From contig JBHHYI010000010.1 of the NCBI GenBank assembly GCA_046757525.1, forward strand, positions 1 through 47,883: 47,883 nucleotides of DNA, given 5' to 3'. Positions 36,931 to 46,608 of this stretch are shown here, in pieces. How positions within the stretch are numbered: position 1 is the stretch's first letter; every line of letters starts with the position of its first letter. Under the pieces are notes generated by a model. That model was not told where the DNA came from. It made no database searches and saw only the letters and a program-made list of their open reading frames with translations. The DNA comes from a bacterium. GTDB taxonomy: Bacteria; Zhuqueibacterota; Zhuqueibacteria; Oceanimicrobiales; Oceanimicrobiaceae. A program made the translations under genes and the position numbers.

Positions 36931-38256
36931 ATGTTTAACGACAGAGCCCGCTTAACTCTGCTCCTCGTCCTGGGGTTGCTTACTGCACACGTCTCGTCCA
37001 CTTTGGCCCAGGGTGACCAGGTTGTTCTGGAAGACAACATTTTTACCCTGGGTATGCAGCTCGGCGTAGGTACCAGAGCTCTGGGTATGGGAGGGGCGTA
37101 TTCGTACCGTCATGGTGACTATTCGGCGTCTTTTTGGAATCCAGCCGCTTTAACCGACATCAAGCGTATCGAGGTTTACGGATCCATGAGCCACCTGATT
37201 CGCGACAATAACTCGCAATTTGCCGGAGTCGGAACACCCGATCAAGCCACGTTCACAGACTTCAACACCTTTGGGTTGGCTTATCCGGTGCCTACCTCTC
37301 GGGGGAGTTTGGTGCTGTCATTCGGTTACAACAGGGTAAAGTCAGTGGATCAGAATTCGGAATTCAACTGGTTCAATGCCACGCCGGACGACTCAGTGCG
37401 GCAAGCCTGGCGGGAACGCGAAAACGGCAGTCTGAACGCCTGGATTTTGTCGGGAGGGATTGACGTTTCCAAGAACCTGTCGGTGGGAATCGGCTTGAAC
37501 TTCTGGACCGGCAACGACGATTTTGAGTTGGCTTTTCGGGAAAGAGACGAGTTAGACCTGTACACGTTCGACCAGAACGACGTTGAATCCAACATCAATT
37601 CCGACATTACGGGCTTCAATGTGAAGCTTGGTGCCTTTTACCGCCTGGGACGCGTGTTGCAATTAGGGGCGTCCATTGCTACGCCGACTACTTTGCGAAT
37701 CAAAGAAACTTCGAATCGATTTCAAAATCTGATTTTTGATGCGGATTCAACTCTGAGCTTTACCGATGAAGGCTTTTTTGACTACAAGATCCGTTCGCCG
37801 TTCACTTTTTCAGGCGGAGGCACTTTAAACCTGCTGAACTTCGTCTTTAGTGGTGAAGTGGAATACAACGATTGGACTCAAACTCGCTATACCACAGACC
37901 CGCCTTTTCAAGCCACGAAAACAGAGGCTAATCGTCTAATTGAAGAGAGCTATCGAGCCACAATGAGGATCCGCGGGGGGGCTGAGTTTACGCTGCCCTT
38001 CACCGGGCTTAGCTTCAGAGTCGGTTACTTCCGTGATCCCTCCATATTCGAAAATGCCCTGTCGGACCAGGACAAGCAATTCTACACCGCCGGGGTAGGT
38101 TTTCTTTTGGCCAAACAAGTCAAGCTCGACCTTGCCTATGCGTACGGATTTTGGAAAAATCGCAACGTAGCTCGTCCCGAAACTAATGACGTCACCAGTC
38201 TCGTTGAGGACGTTACCGTGAACAAGGTATTTGTCAGCCTGGCCTTCCGACTGTGA
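36931..38256 (+). CDS. FadL/OMPP1/TodX-like outer-membrane beta-barrel
   Basis: Signal peptide, GTRALGMGGAY..DYSASFWNPAAL, amphipathic strands, terminal FVSLAFRL. Confidence 0.85.
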   Translation: MFNDRARLTLLLVLGLLTAHVSSTLAQGDQVVLEDNIFTLGMQLGVGTRALGMGGAYSYRHGDYSASFWNPAALTDIKRIEVYGSMSHLIRDNNSQFAGVGTPDQATFTDFNTFGLAYPVPTSRGSLVLSFGYNRVKSVDQNSEFNWFNATPDDSVRQAWRERENGSLNAWILSGGIDVSKNLSVGIGLNFWTGNDDFELAFRERDELDLYTFDQNDVESNINSDITGFNVKLGAFYRLGRVLQLGASIATPTTLRIKETSNRFQNLIFDADSTLSFTDEGFFDYKIRSPFTFSGGGTLNLLNFVFSGEVEYNDWTQTRYTTDPPFQATKTEANRLIEESYRATMRIRGGAEFTLPFTGLSFRVGYFRDPSIFENALSDQDKQFYTAGVGFLLAKQVKLDLAYAYGFWKNRNVARPETNDVTSLVEDVTVNKVFVSLAFRL

Positions 38257-38682
38257 GTTTAACGCACTGCATGTTAGAGTTCTGGCCATGGCTTTAAAAC
38301 CGAAGCTTACTTTTGCTTCCTGGACAATTCTCGGGGGAGGGAAATTACACGAGCACTCAGATGCTCCGTCAAATTGGTCATGTGTCGAGGTTCCGTGACG
38401 CGACCTTAAATACTCATGGTCCAGAATCCAACGAAATAAACCAAGAATTTGACAATGTTAAGTTAGTAGGGGCAGATTCTCAAGCAATATTAAGAGATGG
38501 TTTGTCGGTCGACACCTGCTTGAATTTGAACGCGGCAAAGCCATCTGGCTTGCGTGCGAACCAGGAATACCCCCTGAACGTTGGTGGCAGCGCTCTTGAA
38601 ATTGAGATGCCCATCCAATCCGAGCAATTCTGGAGTGGGAAATTAACAGGTAGATATCCTGAAAGGAAATCGTAATGTCATC

Positions 38683-40974
38683 ATGAAATCTCGTGGCGGC
38701 CTCTTAGAATTTCTCTGTTTCCTTGCGATAATCTCCGCCTCTACCACGAATCTGGCGGCGCAAACCGAGAGAAGCAAGTCACACGATTATCTGCTCGAGG
38801 CGAAAGCCTTTGAATCTAACGGGAAATTTAAGAAGGCTGAAAAAAACTACAAGAAGGCTTTGAAACTCAACTCGGCTTCTATTCAGGCCTTGCGTGGTTT
38901 GAGCCGGGTTGCGCTGGCCAAACAAGACTGGGGCGACCTGAAAAAGTGGAACAAGGAAATCCTGGATATCTTGCCGGGGGACTTGCAAGCAAAATATGAC
39001 CTCGGAGTTGCCTATCGTGAGTCCGGCAAATTCAAGGTTTTTTTCTTAAGGAGAAAAGACTTTAGCACTTCTAGGAAATACTTTGATGCGGTGATTCTTG
39101 CTGACTCAGCTTTCAAAGATGTGCTATACCAGCGTGCCTTCTTGGAGCGACGCAAGGAGAATTGGACGGAAGCCATCGAATGGGGCCACAGGCAAATCGG
39201 TCTGAAGCCTGCCCTGGTAGAGGCCCAGGCGGGTTTGTTTAAGTTTTATCGGCTGTTCCTCATCAACAACAACGATAAGAAAATAGGAAACTGGTTGCGC
39301 TCCCACAAGAATGATTGGGCCATTTTTGCTCTTGGTGAACAACACCGTCGGAAAAAGAGATTTGAGCAGGCCAGGATTGTTTTTCAGGCCTTGCTGGCGA
39401 AACCGCTGACCATCAGCAAAATCCCCATCTATTTGTCACTGGTGCGAATGAACCTTCAGCAGGAGAAAAAGGATGAAGCCAATCGATATTTTCGTATGGC
39501 CGTTGATTCCATCAAAACCAGTTTGGACGCCGAATTTCTGTTTGAAGATTCGAAATATATCTTTAGCGATGAAGAATTAGACCGCTTTCGCGCCTTGAGC
39601 ACGGCCGAGGGAAAAAAGGAGTTCTTCCGCAGATTCTGGGTTTCTCGCGACCCAACGCCGGCCGCACAGGTCAACGTGCGCGCTTTGGAGCATTTTAGAC
39701 GTATGCTGTATGCGGAAAGAAACTATTGGGACGATCACATCCGGTCCTGGTTCGACAATCCGGACCAGGTTGCTTATCTGAAATTTCCCAAGAGTTACTA
39801 CTTGAACGAGGAATTCAACGACAGAGGCCTGATTTATATTCGGCACGGGGAACCCGATGACAGCGCCGTAACCCTTGCCGGGGGCATCACAACAAACCAG
39901 TCCTGGCTCTATTACGCACGTGAAGACCGGCCTGAGTACATTTTTCACTTCATCGGTCGACACTGGCGCCTGGCCCCATATATTCAGGATCGAGCTATGC
40001 TGGCTGACCGACTGGGTTGGGATGTGACTCTTGATAGACTGTACTACTCGAACTCACAAGTAGATTTCAACAGTTTGCTGCATCAGATCGCGATAGAAAG
40101 CGAAGACGCAGTTTATGGTGCCATGTCTACGGATTCCCACACCTGGGACAAACAAACCAGAGCCTTGCAAACGCCCTTCTACTGGGCCTTTTTTCGCGGC
40201 CAACAAAATAGGACCCGCTTGGAACTTTATGTTGGCATTCCTCTCAGGGATTTTGGTGTCAACAAACCTGAAAAGTTAAAAGAGCTGAGTTTTGAGCAAG
40301 CAGCGGGCATTTATGATGCCCAATTCAACCAAGTAGAGAGAAAGTTCGAAAACGTGCTAATTGCAGGGGCAAACGCTCCCAGAATCCAGGCAAACTACTT
40401 TGTTCAGCGGTATATTTTTGACCTGGCGCCGGACTCCTACAACGTGGCTTTCTATGCTAAACAAGCTGAATCCACCAAAATAGGCGGCGACAAATTTGAC
40501 ATCACCGTGCCTGCGTTTGTTGCCGGCAGTTTAAACATGAGCGATCTTGAATTAGCTTATCAGGTTGAAGACTCAGAGGCCAATTCTCCATTCAACAATC
40601 ATGGCTTGACGATAATGCCAAATCCAGCAAAGGAATTTGTTCTTGCGGCACCGATGGTTCTCTATTTCGAGATTTACAATTTGCGCAAAGACCAGGATGG
40701 AGAAACGTCCTATGAGATTGAAACCGAAATGATTCAATTGAAAAAAAAGCGGGGCGGATTGAAGAAGATTTTTAAGTTCTCCAGCGACGGACAAAAAAAG
40801 CTGATCTCTATTAAAGACAGACGCAGTGGCCGGAAAACTGATGCGGTTGAATACACCAGTTTCGACGTCAGCCGGTTAGAAGCGGGGGAATACGAATTGT
40901 CGGTCAAAGTGAGGGACTTGAATGCGGAAAGCTCCGTGGAGAAATCCATCGATTTGACTTTGCGAAAGAAATAA
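38683..40974 (+). CDS. TPR + GWxTD-like domain exported protein (motif degenerate)
   Basis: FFRRFWVSRDPTP..N...EHFRR..YA, FNDRGLIYIRHGEPD; C-terminal domain parallels the 42386 gene. Confidence 0.8.
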   Translation: MKSRGGLLEFLCFLAIISASTTNLAAQTERSKSHDYLLEAKAFESNGKFKKAEKNYKKALKLNSASIQALRGLSRVALAKQDWGDLKKWNKEILDILPGDLQAKYDLGVAYRESGKFKVFFLRRKDFSTSRKYFDAVILADSAFKDVLYQRAFLERRKENWTEAIEWGHRQIGLKPALVEAQAGLFKFYRLFLINNNDKKIGNWLRSHKNDWAIFALGEQHRRKKRFEQARIVFQALLAKPLTISKIPIYLSLVRMNLQQEKKDEANRYFRMAVDSIKTSLDAEFLFEDSKYIFSDEELDRFRALSTAEGKKEFFRRFWVSRDPTPAAQVNVRALEHFRRMLYAERNYWDDHIRSWFDNPDQVAYLKFPKSYYLNEEFNDRGLIYIRHGEPDDSAVTLAGGITTNQSWLYYAREDRPEYIFHFIGRHWRLAPYIQDRAMLADRLGWDVTLDRLYYSNSQVDFNSLLHQIAIESEDAVYGAMSTDSHTWDKQTRALQTPFYWAFFRGQQNRTRLELYVGIPLRDFGVNKPEKLKELSFEQAAGIYDAQFNQVERKFENVLIAGANAPRIQANYFVQRYIFDLAPDSYNVAFYAKQAESTKIGGDKFDITVPAFVAGSLNMSDLELAYQVEDSEANSPFNNHGLTIMPNPAKEFVLAAPMVLYFEIYNLRKDQDGETSYEIETEMIQLKKKRGGLKKIFKFSSDGQKKLISIKDRRSGRKTDAVEYTSFDVSRLEAGEYELSVKVRDLNAESSVEKSIDLTLRKK

Positions 40975-41096
40975 GGTCAGACTGTCTTTGAGGAGTTCCT
41001 GTCGATGTTTAGAATCGTCCTGCGATTGGCAGGTTTGACTGTATATCTTAATTGACACCACACAGTACTATAACTTCAAAATTTAAGGGTGCAGCC

Positions 41097-42245
41097 ATGT
41101 TGAAACGTAATTTTCTGTTTGTCCTCCTGTTGTTGTTCGCCGCATGCGCTTCAACTTCTTCCACGGTTAGACGAAACGACCCGGTCACCATTGTGCTCAA
41201 GAACGGTGACACCATCAAGGCGGATGTGCTGGACATCTGGAAAGAAAAGGTCGTCTTCAAGGCAGCCGATTGGAGAAAGGCTTACGAATATGGCGAAGTA
41301 GTAAGCAACAGCCGAATCGAAGGGATTCGACTCAAAGACGGCACGGTGCTTTCCGTGGCAGATTATGACGCCTACCGAAAAGGTGGGAAAATCCGAGCCA
41401 GGAAAAAACGCAAGTCGAAAAATGAAGACGTCGCGGAAGCACAACAAGGCGAATCGGATTTGCAGCCGGATGCGCGTTTTGAAGAGCTGAAGAAGAAGCC
41501 CATTTCAAAAATGACGGAAAATGAATTCAAGTATTTCATGATGATGAAGGAACGGGAAATAGCAGAGCGAGAAAAGGAAGCCGCAGCGAGCAGAGAAGCG
41601 GTCATTTCAAACACCGACAATTCTGAAAAGGAACAGGTGCAGGAAGCCGGAGCCACCTCGGCGGAGTTGAACAAACCCGCCTCACCGACTTTGAGTGAGC
41701 AGCCCGCCCCCAGCGTGAATGCCGGCGGTCTTGGATTGAAGCTGCCCCAGGTGGTGCAGTCCCCGGTTCTGCCGGCTGCCACTTCGGATCTGGAGGCCGT
41801 GGTGGAATCGCTAATCGAGTCTGGCCTGGCACCGTCTTATTTGCGCTACTTGAACCAAAAGGCTGCCGTTGGCCAGACTTTGACCAGCGCGGAAGCCAGC
41901 CTGTTAAACAAGATTCAAAGCAATCCCGGGTGGCAGGAAAAACTCGACGATTTGAAATATCTCACCCGCGTCGCCCAAAAATCACTTTCGCGCGCGTTTC
42001 TCTACAATCCGGAAGAGCTGAGTGAAAAGCTAAAATTGAAATTTGATCCGGATTTAGACCTGGACTTTTTGGACATGATGCAGCAGATTCACCGCAGATT
42101 GGGTGAGGACGTGAAAATGGGCGACTTTAGACTGTTAGTAGGTGTCGTTGGCGAAAGCGGTGCCAACGCCATCAAGACCATTCTCGAAAACTACGCTTCA
42201 TGGCAGTTTGTTGTGCAACGAAATAAGGCCATAGTCACCAGGTAG
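41097..42245 (+). CDS. hypothetical lipoprotein
   Basis: Lipobox FAAC after a hydrophobic stretch; long ORF; start set at ATG 41097. Confidence 0.75.
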   Translation: MLKRNFLFVLLLLFAACASTSSTVRRNDPVTIVLKNGDTIKADVLDIWKEKVVFKAADWRKAYEYGEVVSNSRIEGIRLKDGTVLSVADYDAYRKGGKIRARKKRKSKNEDVAEAQQGESDLQPDARFEELKKKPISKMTENEFKYFMMMKEREIAEREKEAAASREAVISNTDNSEKEQVQEAGATSAELNKPASPTLSEQPAPSVNAGGLGLKLPQVVQSPVLPAATSDLEAVVESLIESGLAPSYLRYLNQKAAVGQTLTSAEASLLNKIQSNPGWQEKLDDLKYLTRVAQKSLSRAFLYNPEELSEKLKLKFDPDLDLDFLDMMQQIHRRLGEDVKMGDFRLLVGVVGESGANAIKTILENYASWQFVVQRNKAIVTR

Positions 42246-42270
42246 CCATCTCTCCTCCTTTTCTCTTAGG

Positions 42271-42314
42271 TTAGAAGGCAAATGGCGGGCTCAGTCCTGT
42301 CCTTTGCCTTCTAA
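42271..42314 (+). terminator. long hairpin, probable terminator
   Basis: TTAGAAGGCAAA...TTTGCCTTCTAA 12-bp perfect outer stem plus G-U inner stem, 25 nt after the stop. Confidence 0.6.
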
Positions 42315-42342
42315 TTTGTACCAACACCATCGTAAAATTTTA

Positions 42343-42371
42343 TTGCATCCGACGATTATATTTTATAAGTT
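42343..42371 (+). promoter_or_regulatory. sigma70-type promoter
   Basis: TTGCAT-17 nt-TAAGTT shortly before the GWxTD gene. Confidence 0.4.
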
Positions 42372-42385
42372 AGCGAAGTTCTGAG

Positions 42386-44569
42386 ATGGTTCAAATGGTT
42401 GCAAGGTCTAAATTCACACTCTTCATTTGTTCGGTCCTATTCTTTTTGACTCTGACTTTAGTGCCGTTCAATCTATTTGCGGTCAAGCCAGGAGCGCCCC
42501 ATCAAGGCCGGAAGAATCTCCAGGCTGAAGCATTTTTTCAAAAAGGTGCGACGCTTGCCAGGAAGGGGAAAGTCTTGCCAGCGATTGACGCTTTCAGGGC
42601 AGCCGTGGAAATTGATCCCCGCTATGCTGAGGGGTATCATCAGATGGCTTTAGAATACATGAAGTTGGGAACCATTGACGGCCGGACCAAAGCTACCCGG
42701 GCCATGAAAAAAGCCTTGCGGCTCGATGACCAGAATGCGCACTATTGGTTGAGCATGGCCAGGCTCTCCTTGAAAAAACAGATGCGTGGCGAGGCCAAGG
42801 CGTGTTTTAACAAGGTGCTAAAACTGGATCCTCACAATGCCGAAGCCTATTATCACCTCGGACTGCTGAAAGAGAAAGACATGCTTTGGTACAAAGATCT
42901 CATCAGTCCTCAGACGGAGGGCGTGACCTTCAATTACACCCCATACGCTGAGGATGATCTAAAGAATGCACAAGATTATTACAAGCAAGCTATTGTGCAC
43001 GCTCCAAAGTTTAGCCTTGCCTATTTCCATCTGGCTTTGATTTGTTATGAATTGCAAGACTATTCGGCCATGCGGAATTATCTCAGCAAGGCGTTGGATT
43101 TCGCGCCTGACAACAAGGATTTCCATTTGTTTTTGGGCCTGGCATTTCATCGATTAGGTCAATATGAGTCTGCTGTGGAGTTCTACAACGCAGCGAAAAA
43201 ATACATGTCTGATGAAGAATTGGCTTTGTTCGATTCTATCGAACCCTTGCTGAATCCCAAAATGCGTGAGAAATACGTCCTGCTGAACGAGGAGGAGAAA
43301 AGTCGGTTCGAAAACAGATTCTGGAAACAGCGCGACCCTCTTTTCTTGACCGAGTTCAATGAACGACGATTGGAACATTATGGCCGCTTCGCCCACGCCA
43401 ACTTGCGATTTGGATTCCCGGAAAAGGGCATTGAAGGGTGGCAAACCGATCGTGGAAAGACCTACATTCGTTTTGGCCCCCCAACAGTTCACTACAAGAC
43501 CCGTCCTGAATTGGTTCTTAATTTCAGGAGCAATCCGTTGCACCCATCCAAGGAATATTGGGGTTACCATGATTTCGATTTTACATTCATAGATGAATAT
43601 TTGAGCCGCAATTACAAATTCAAGCGGGACCTCGATCCGGAGAACGATTCGAAAATTCAGTTCGAACAGCTCATCAAAAAGGTGCCCGAATATTACCAGC
43701 ACAACTTTGGCCGGCCTCTATTCGATGTTCCTTATTTGATTACGCAATTCAGGGGTGACTCCGGTAAATCAAGGGTGGAGTTGTATTACGGTATGCCAAG
43801 TGAGCCGTTAGGGTCAGTCATTGCAGGCGACGCAGCGACCTACCATCTCAAAAGAGGTGTCTTCGTATTTACCGAGCAGTGGGACGATGTGTTGCGGCGA
43901 GTGCAGGCGCGTGCTTTCTCGGTAGATGCTACCGTTGCTAAAATAGCTTCAGAAATGATCGATCGCAGCATCTTGGAACTGAGGCCAGGCAACTACAACA
44001 TTGCGCTTGAACTCGTGGACCAACAGTCTGGTACTGCAGGTATTTTGCGAACTCCCCTCCAGGTACGCGCGTTCAGCAGCGAACGAATAGACATGAGCGA
44101 CATTCTGCTCACCCGCGAGATTCGAGACCGGGGCTCCGTTCCGGTTTTTGACTCAGAGAGTCTTCACGTTGTCCCGGCGCTCGATCACAGATTTGCCCTC
44201 GAGGAACCGATTAAGATGGGTTTTGAGCTTTACCATCTAACACTCGACGACGCTGGCACCTCTAACTACAGAATAGAAACCGTCCTGCGTCCTTTGGAAA
44301 AGAAGAAAAGCGGCCTGGCCGCCTTTACGACAAGTATTGGCAAGGTCTTTGGAAAGGGCGGGACTAAGACAATGGAGGTCAGCACGTCTCACGACTTTCA
44401 AGGTAGTTCAAATCTTGAGCGTCAGAGTCTTTCGGTTCAATTAGCTCAGGCTGTACCCGGGAAGTATGCCATAATCGTCCGGGTCACCGATTTGAATCGC
44501 GGTACAACGGTGAGTAAAGAAGCGGATTTTGAAATAGTCGAATCGTTTTCACAAGTTTCAAAAAAGTAA
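42386..44569 (+). CDS. TPR + GWxTD domain exported protein
   Basis: TPRs; RFWKQRDP...FNERRLEHYGR..HAN..F....GWQTDRGKTYIRFGPP. Confidence 0.9.
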   Translation: MVQMVARSKFTLFICSVLFFLTLTLVPFNLFAVKPGAPHQGRKNLQAEAFFQKGATLARKGKVLPAIDAFRAAVEIDPRYAEGYHQMALEYMKLGTIDGRTKATRAMKKALRLDDQNAHYWLSMARLSLKKQMRGEAKACFNKVLKLDPHNAEAYYHLGLLKEKDMLWYKDLISPQTEGVTFNYTPYAEDDLKNAQDYYKQAIVHAPKFSLAYFHLALICYELQDYSAMRNYLSKALDFAPDNKDFHLFLGLAFHRLGQYESAVEFYNAAKKYMSDEELALFDSIEPLLNPKMREKYVLLNEEEKSRFENRFWKQRDPLFLTEFNERRLEHYGRFAHANLRFGFPEKGIEGWQTDRGKTYIRFGPPTVHYKTRPELVLNFRSNPLHPSKEYWGYHDFDFTFIDEYLSRNYKFKRDLDPENDSKIQFEQLIKKVPEYYQHNFGRPLFDVPYLITQFRGDSGKSRVELYYGMPSEPLGSVIAGDAATYHLKRGVFVFTEQWDDVLRRVQARAFSVDATVAKIASEMIDRSILELRPGNYNIALELVDQQSGTAGILRTPLQVRAFSSERIDMSDILLTREIRDRGSVPVFDSESLHVVPALDHRFALEEPIKMGFELYHLTLDDAGTSNYRIETVLRPLEKKKSGLAAFTTSIGKVFGKGGTKTMEVSTSHDFQGSSNLERQSLSVQLAQAVPGKYAIIVRVTDLNRGTTVSKEADFEIVESFSQVSKK

Positions 44570-44662
44570 GCTTTTCAATTCAGCGTCCTTCGGGGTGCAA
44601 ACTCCCGATCCAGGTTTGGGTCAAATCAGATGTATTGAGTTTTTGCAGAGGAGGTACTTGTC

Positions 44663-46045
44663 ATGAACAAACGCTTTCGGGTCTGGCCATTTTTACTTGG
44701 TGCCACCGCATTTTTGTTTTTTCAGTTTGGCGCAAGAAATATATTCTCTGGCCAGAAAGAGGTCCCCTTTCAACTCTTTTTCACGTCAGACATCAGCGGT
44801 TATTTAAAACCGTGTGGCTGAAAGCTTAATCCGCTCGGCGGACTGGCTCGGCGAGCCAGCTACTTGCACAGTCAGAAGCAAAATGGTGCGCACCAATTAT
44901 TGCTCGACTGCGGTGACTTCGGTCGGTCGAAACGAGGTTCTCATATTTTGAAAGCAGAGTTTGTTCTCAAAGGGGCCTCTGCGATGAAGTACGACGCCAT
45001 TAATCTTGGCGAAAAGGACCTGCAGTTTGGCCATGAGTTTCTGGAACGGATGCGGAGCAAGTACCATCTACCCTTTGTCTCTGCCAACGTTTATTATTCC
45101 GGTACCAAAAAGCTTTTTGCGAAGCCGTACCTGATAAAAAAATATTCCGGCGTGAAGATTGGCATTTTTGGCATAGCGAAAAAAGAAGGGGTGCAGCGCT
45201 ACGTCAAGCCAGAGACCGGTTTTGAAATCTCGGATCCGGTCATGGCCGCCAGGGCGGCAGTAGATTATCTCAGGCGAGAATGCGACGTGGTCATAGCGCT
45301 GTCCCATCTCGGGTTGAGCGGTTCGCGCAATTTGGCCAAAACGGTAAGTGGCATCGACATCATCATCAGCGGTCACGACGGCCAGAAGTTGAAGAAGCCT
45401 GAGCAAATTGGTAGTGCTGTGCTCATGCAGGCCGGGGCGCAAGGCAAATACCTGGGCCAGATAGATTTTACTTTTGCCGCCAAACGGGTTGTGGTAAGCG
45501 ACGGCAAGATAGTAGCTTTGAACGACAAAATCCCCGACGATCCCCGATTGGCAGGCGTGGTAAAGGAGTTCGATGATGCGCTGTTGAAGACGTATCCCAT
45601 GGAGAGTGCTGACCTAACGGGCAAGGTGTCCGAAATCAGCGAAAGAAAATGTATGACCTGCCATCCCAAACAGTACACACAGTGGCGTCGCACCGGCCAC
45701 TACAAGGCCTGGCAGTCTCTGGTTGCCAAAGCCCGCAATTTGGACCAAGATTGCCAGCGCTGCCATACGTCGCGGTTCGGCAAGACGGCCGGCTTCAAAT
45801 CCGTCTACGACACGCCGGATATGGTCAACGTGCAGTGCGCCGAGTGTCACCGGGAGAAAGAGGGACACATTTCAACTCACTTGAATCGTTCCCTCAAGAA
45901 GTTGCGGAGCTCCAAAAGCCAATCTAATGGGCACGCCCTTGCAGATTTCAAACCCATTACGGAGCAAACTTGCCTGAAATGCCATGACCAGAAGAACAGC
46001 CCGAATTTCAATTTCAAGGATTATTTGGCACAGGTAACGCATTGA
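44663..46045 (+). CDS. probable selenoprotein: UshA-like (CxU) metallophosphoesterase-fold domain fused to tetraheme cytochrome c (460 aa, Sec at codon 53)
   Basis: RBS AGAGGAGGT, ATG 44663, signal-like N-terminus, FTSDISGYLKPCG-TGA(44819-44821)-KLNPLGGLARRASY continuing in frame into the 44864 ORF; DCGDF, LGEKD, LSHLG, SGHD; CMTCH, CQRCH, CAECH, CLKCH. Confidence 0.88.
44822..44859 (+). promoter_or_regulatory. candidate bacterial SECIS element
   Basis: CTGGCTC-GGC-GAGCCAG 7-bp stem (44843-44859) with a G-first loop starting after 28 nt downstream of UGA; second stem TCCGC-TCG-GCGGA (44830-44842). Confidence 0.65.
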
Positions 46046-46050
46046 ATCGT

Positions 46051-46079
46051 TTGACAATACGGGACAGAATGGTTATATT
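46051..46079 (+). promoter_or_regulatory. sigma70-type promoter
   Basis: TTGACA-17 nt-TATATT. Confidence 0.7.
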
Positions 46080-46123
46080 CACCACAGGGAATGATTGAAA
46101 TCAACAAGGAGTGTTAAAATAAG

Positions 46124-46582
46124 ATGATAAAAGATGTAGAAATAAAAGAGCTCGTTACCCATCCGGATGAGCGTGGTTTTTTCAGAGAAATTATTCGGGT
46201 GACCGATGCGTTTTTTGGGGAGGGATTCGGGCAGTTCAGTCATTCTCTTATGTACCCGGGCGTTGCCAAGGCCTGGCACATTCATAAGACGCAGGTCGAT
46301 TGGTGGTACGTGCCTGTCGGCAATCTAAAGGCAGTTCTACATGATCGAAGGGTGGACTCTCCGACACGGGGCGTCACCGAGGAATATTTCCTGGGGGAGA
46401 ATTTTCCGGCAAGAGTTTTGAAGATTCCGCCTGGCGTTGCCCATGGGGCCAAAGTTCTCGGCGACGTGACCCATCTCTTCTACATTACTTCTAAAACCTA
46501 TGATCCCGCTGAAGAAGGGCGCATTGGGCACGACGATCCCGAGATCGGCTACGATTGGACGGCCGGACCTGCAATTAAATGA
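46124..46582 (+). CDS. dTDP-4-dehydrorhamnose 3,5-epimerase family cupin (RmlC-like)
   Basis: DERGFFRE, PGVAKAWHIH..Q, DRRVDSPT, IPPGVAHG, YDPAEEGRI..DDPEIGYDW. Confidence 0.88.
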   Translation: MIKDVEIKELVTHPDERGFFREIIRVTDAFFGEGFGQFSHSLMYPGVAKAWHIHKTQVDWWYVPVGNLKAVLHDRRVDSPTRGVTEEYFLGENFPARVLKIPPGVAHGAKVLGDVTHLFYITSKTYDPAEEGRIGHDDPEIGYDWTAGPAIK

Positions 46583-46608
46583 CAACCCTGTGAAAGGAAG
46601 TTGGTGCA

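Noticed and set aside
38313..38675. 120-aa ORF between the barrel and the first GWxTD gene
   Set aside because: TTG start, no RBS or recognisable motif; probably intergenic, though it cannot be excluded
44864..46045. ORF-track 393-aa protein starting at TTG 44864
   Set aside because: Starts mid-domain without RBS or signal peptide; better explained as the 3' part of the 44663 UGA-readthrough gene
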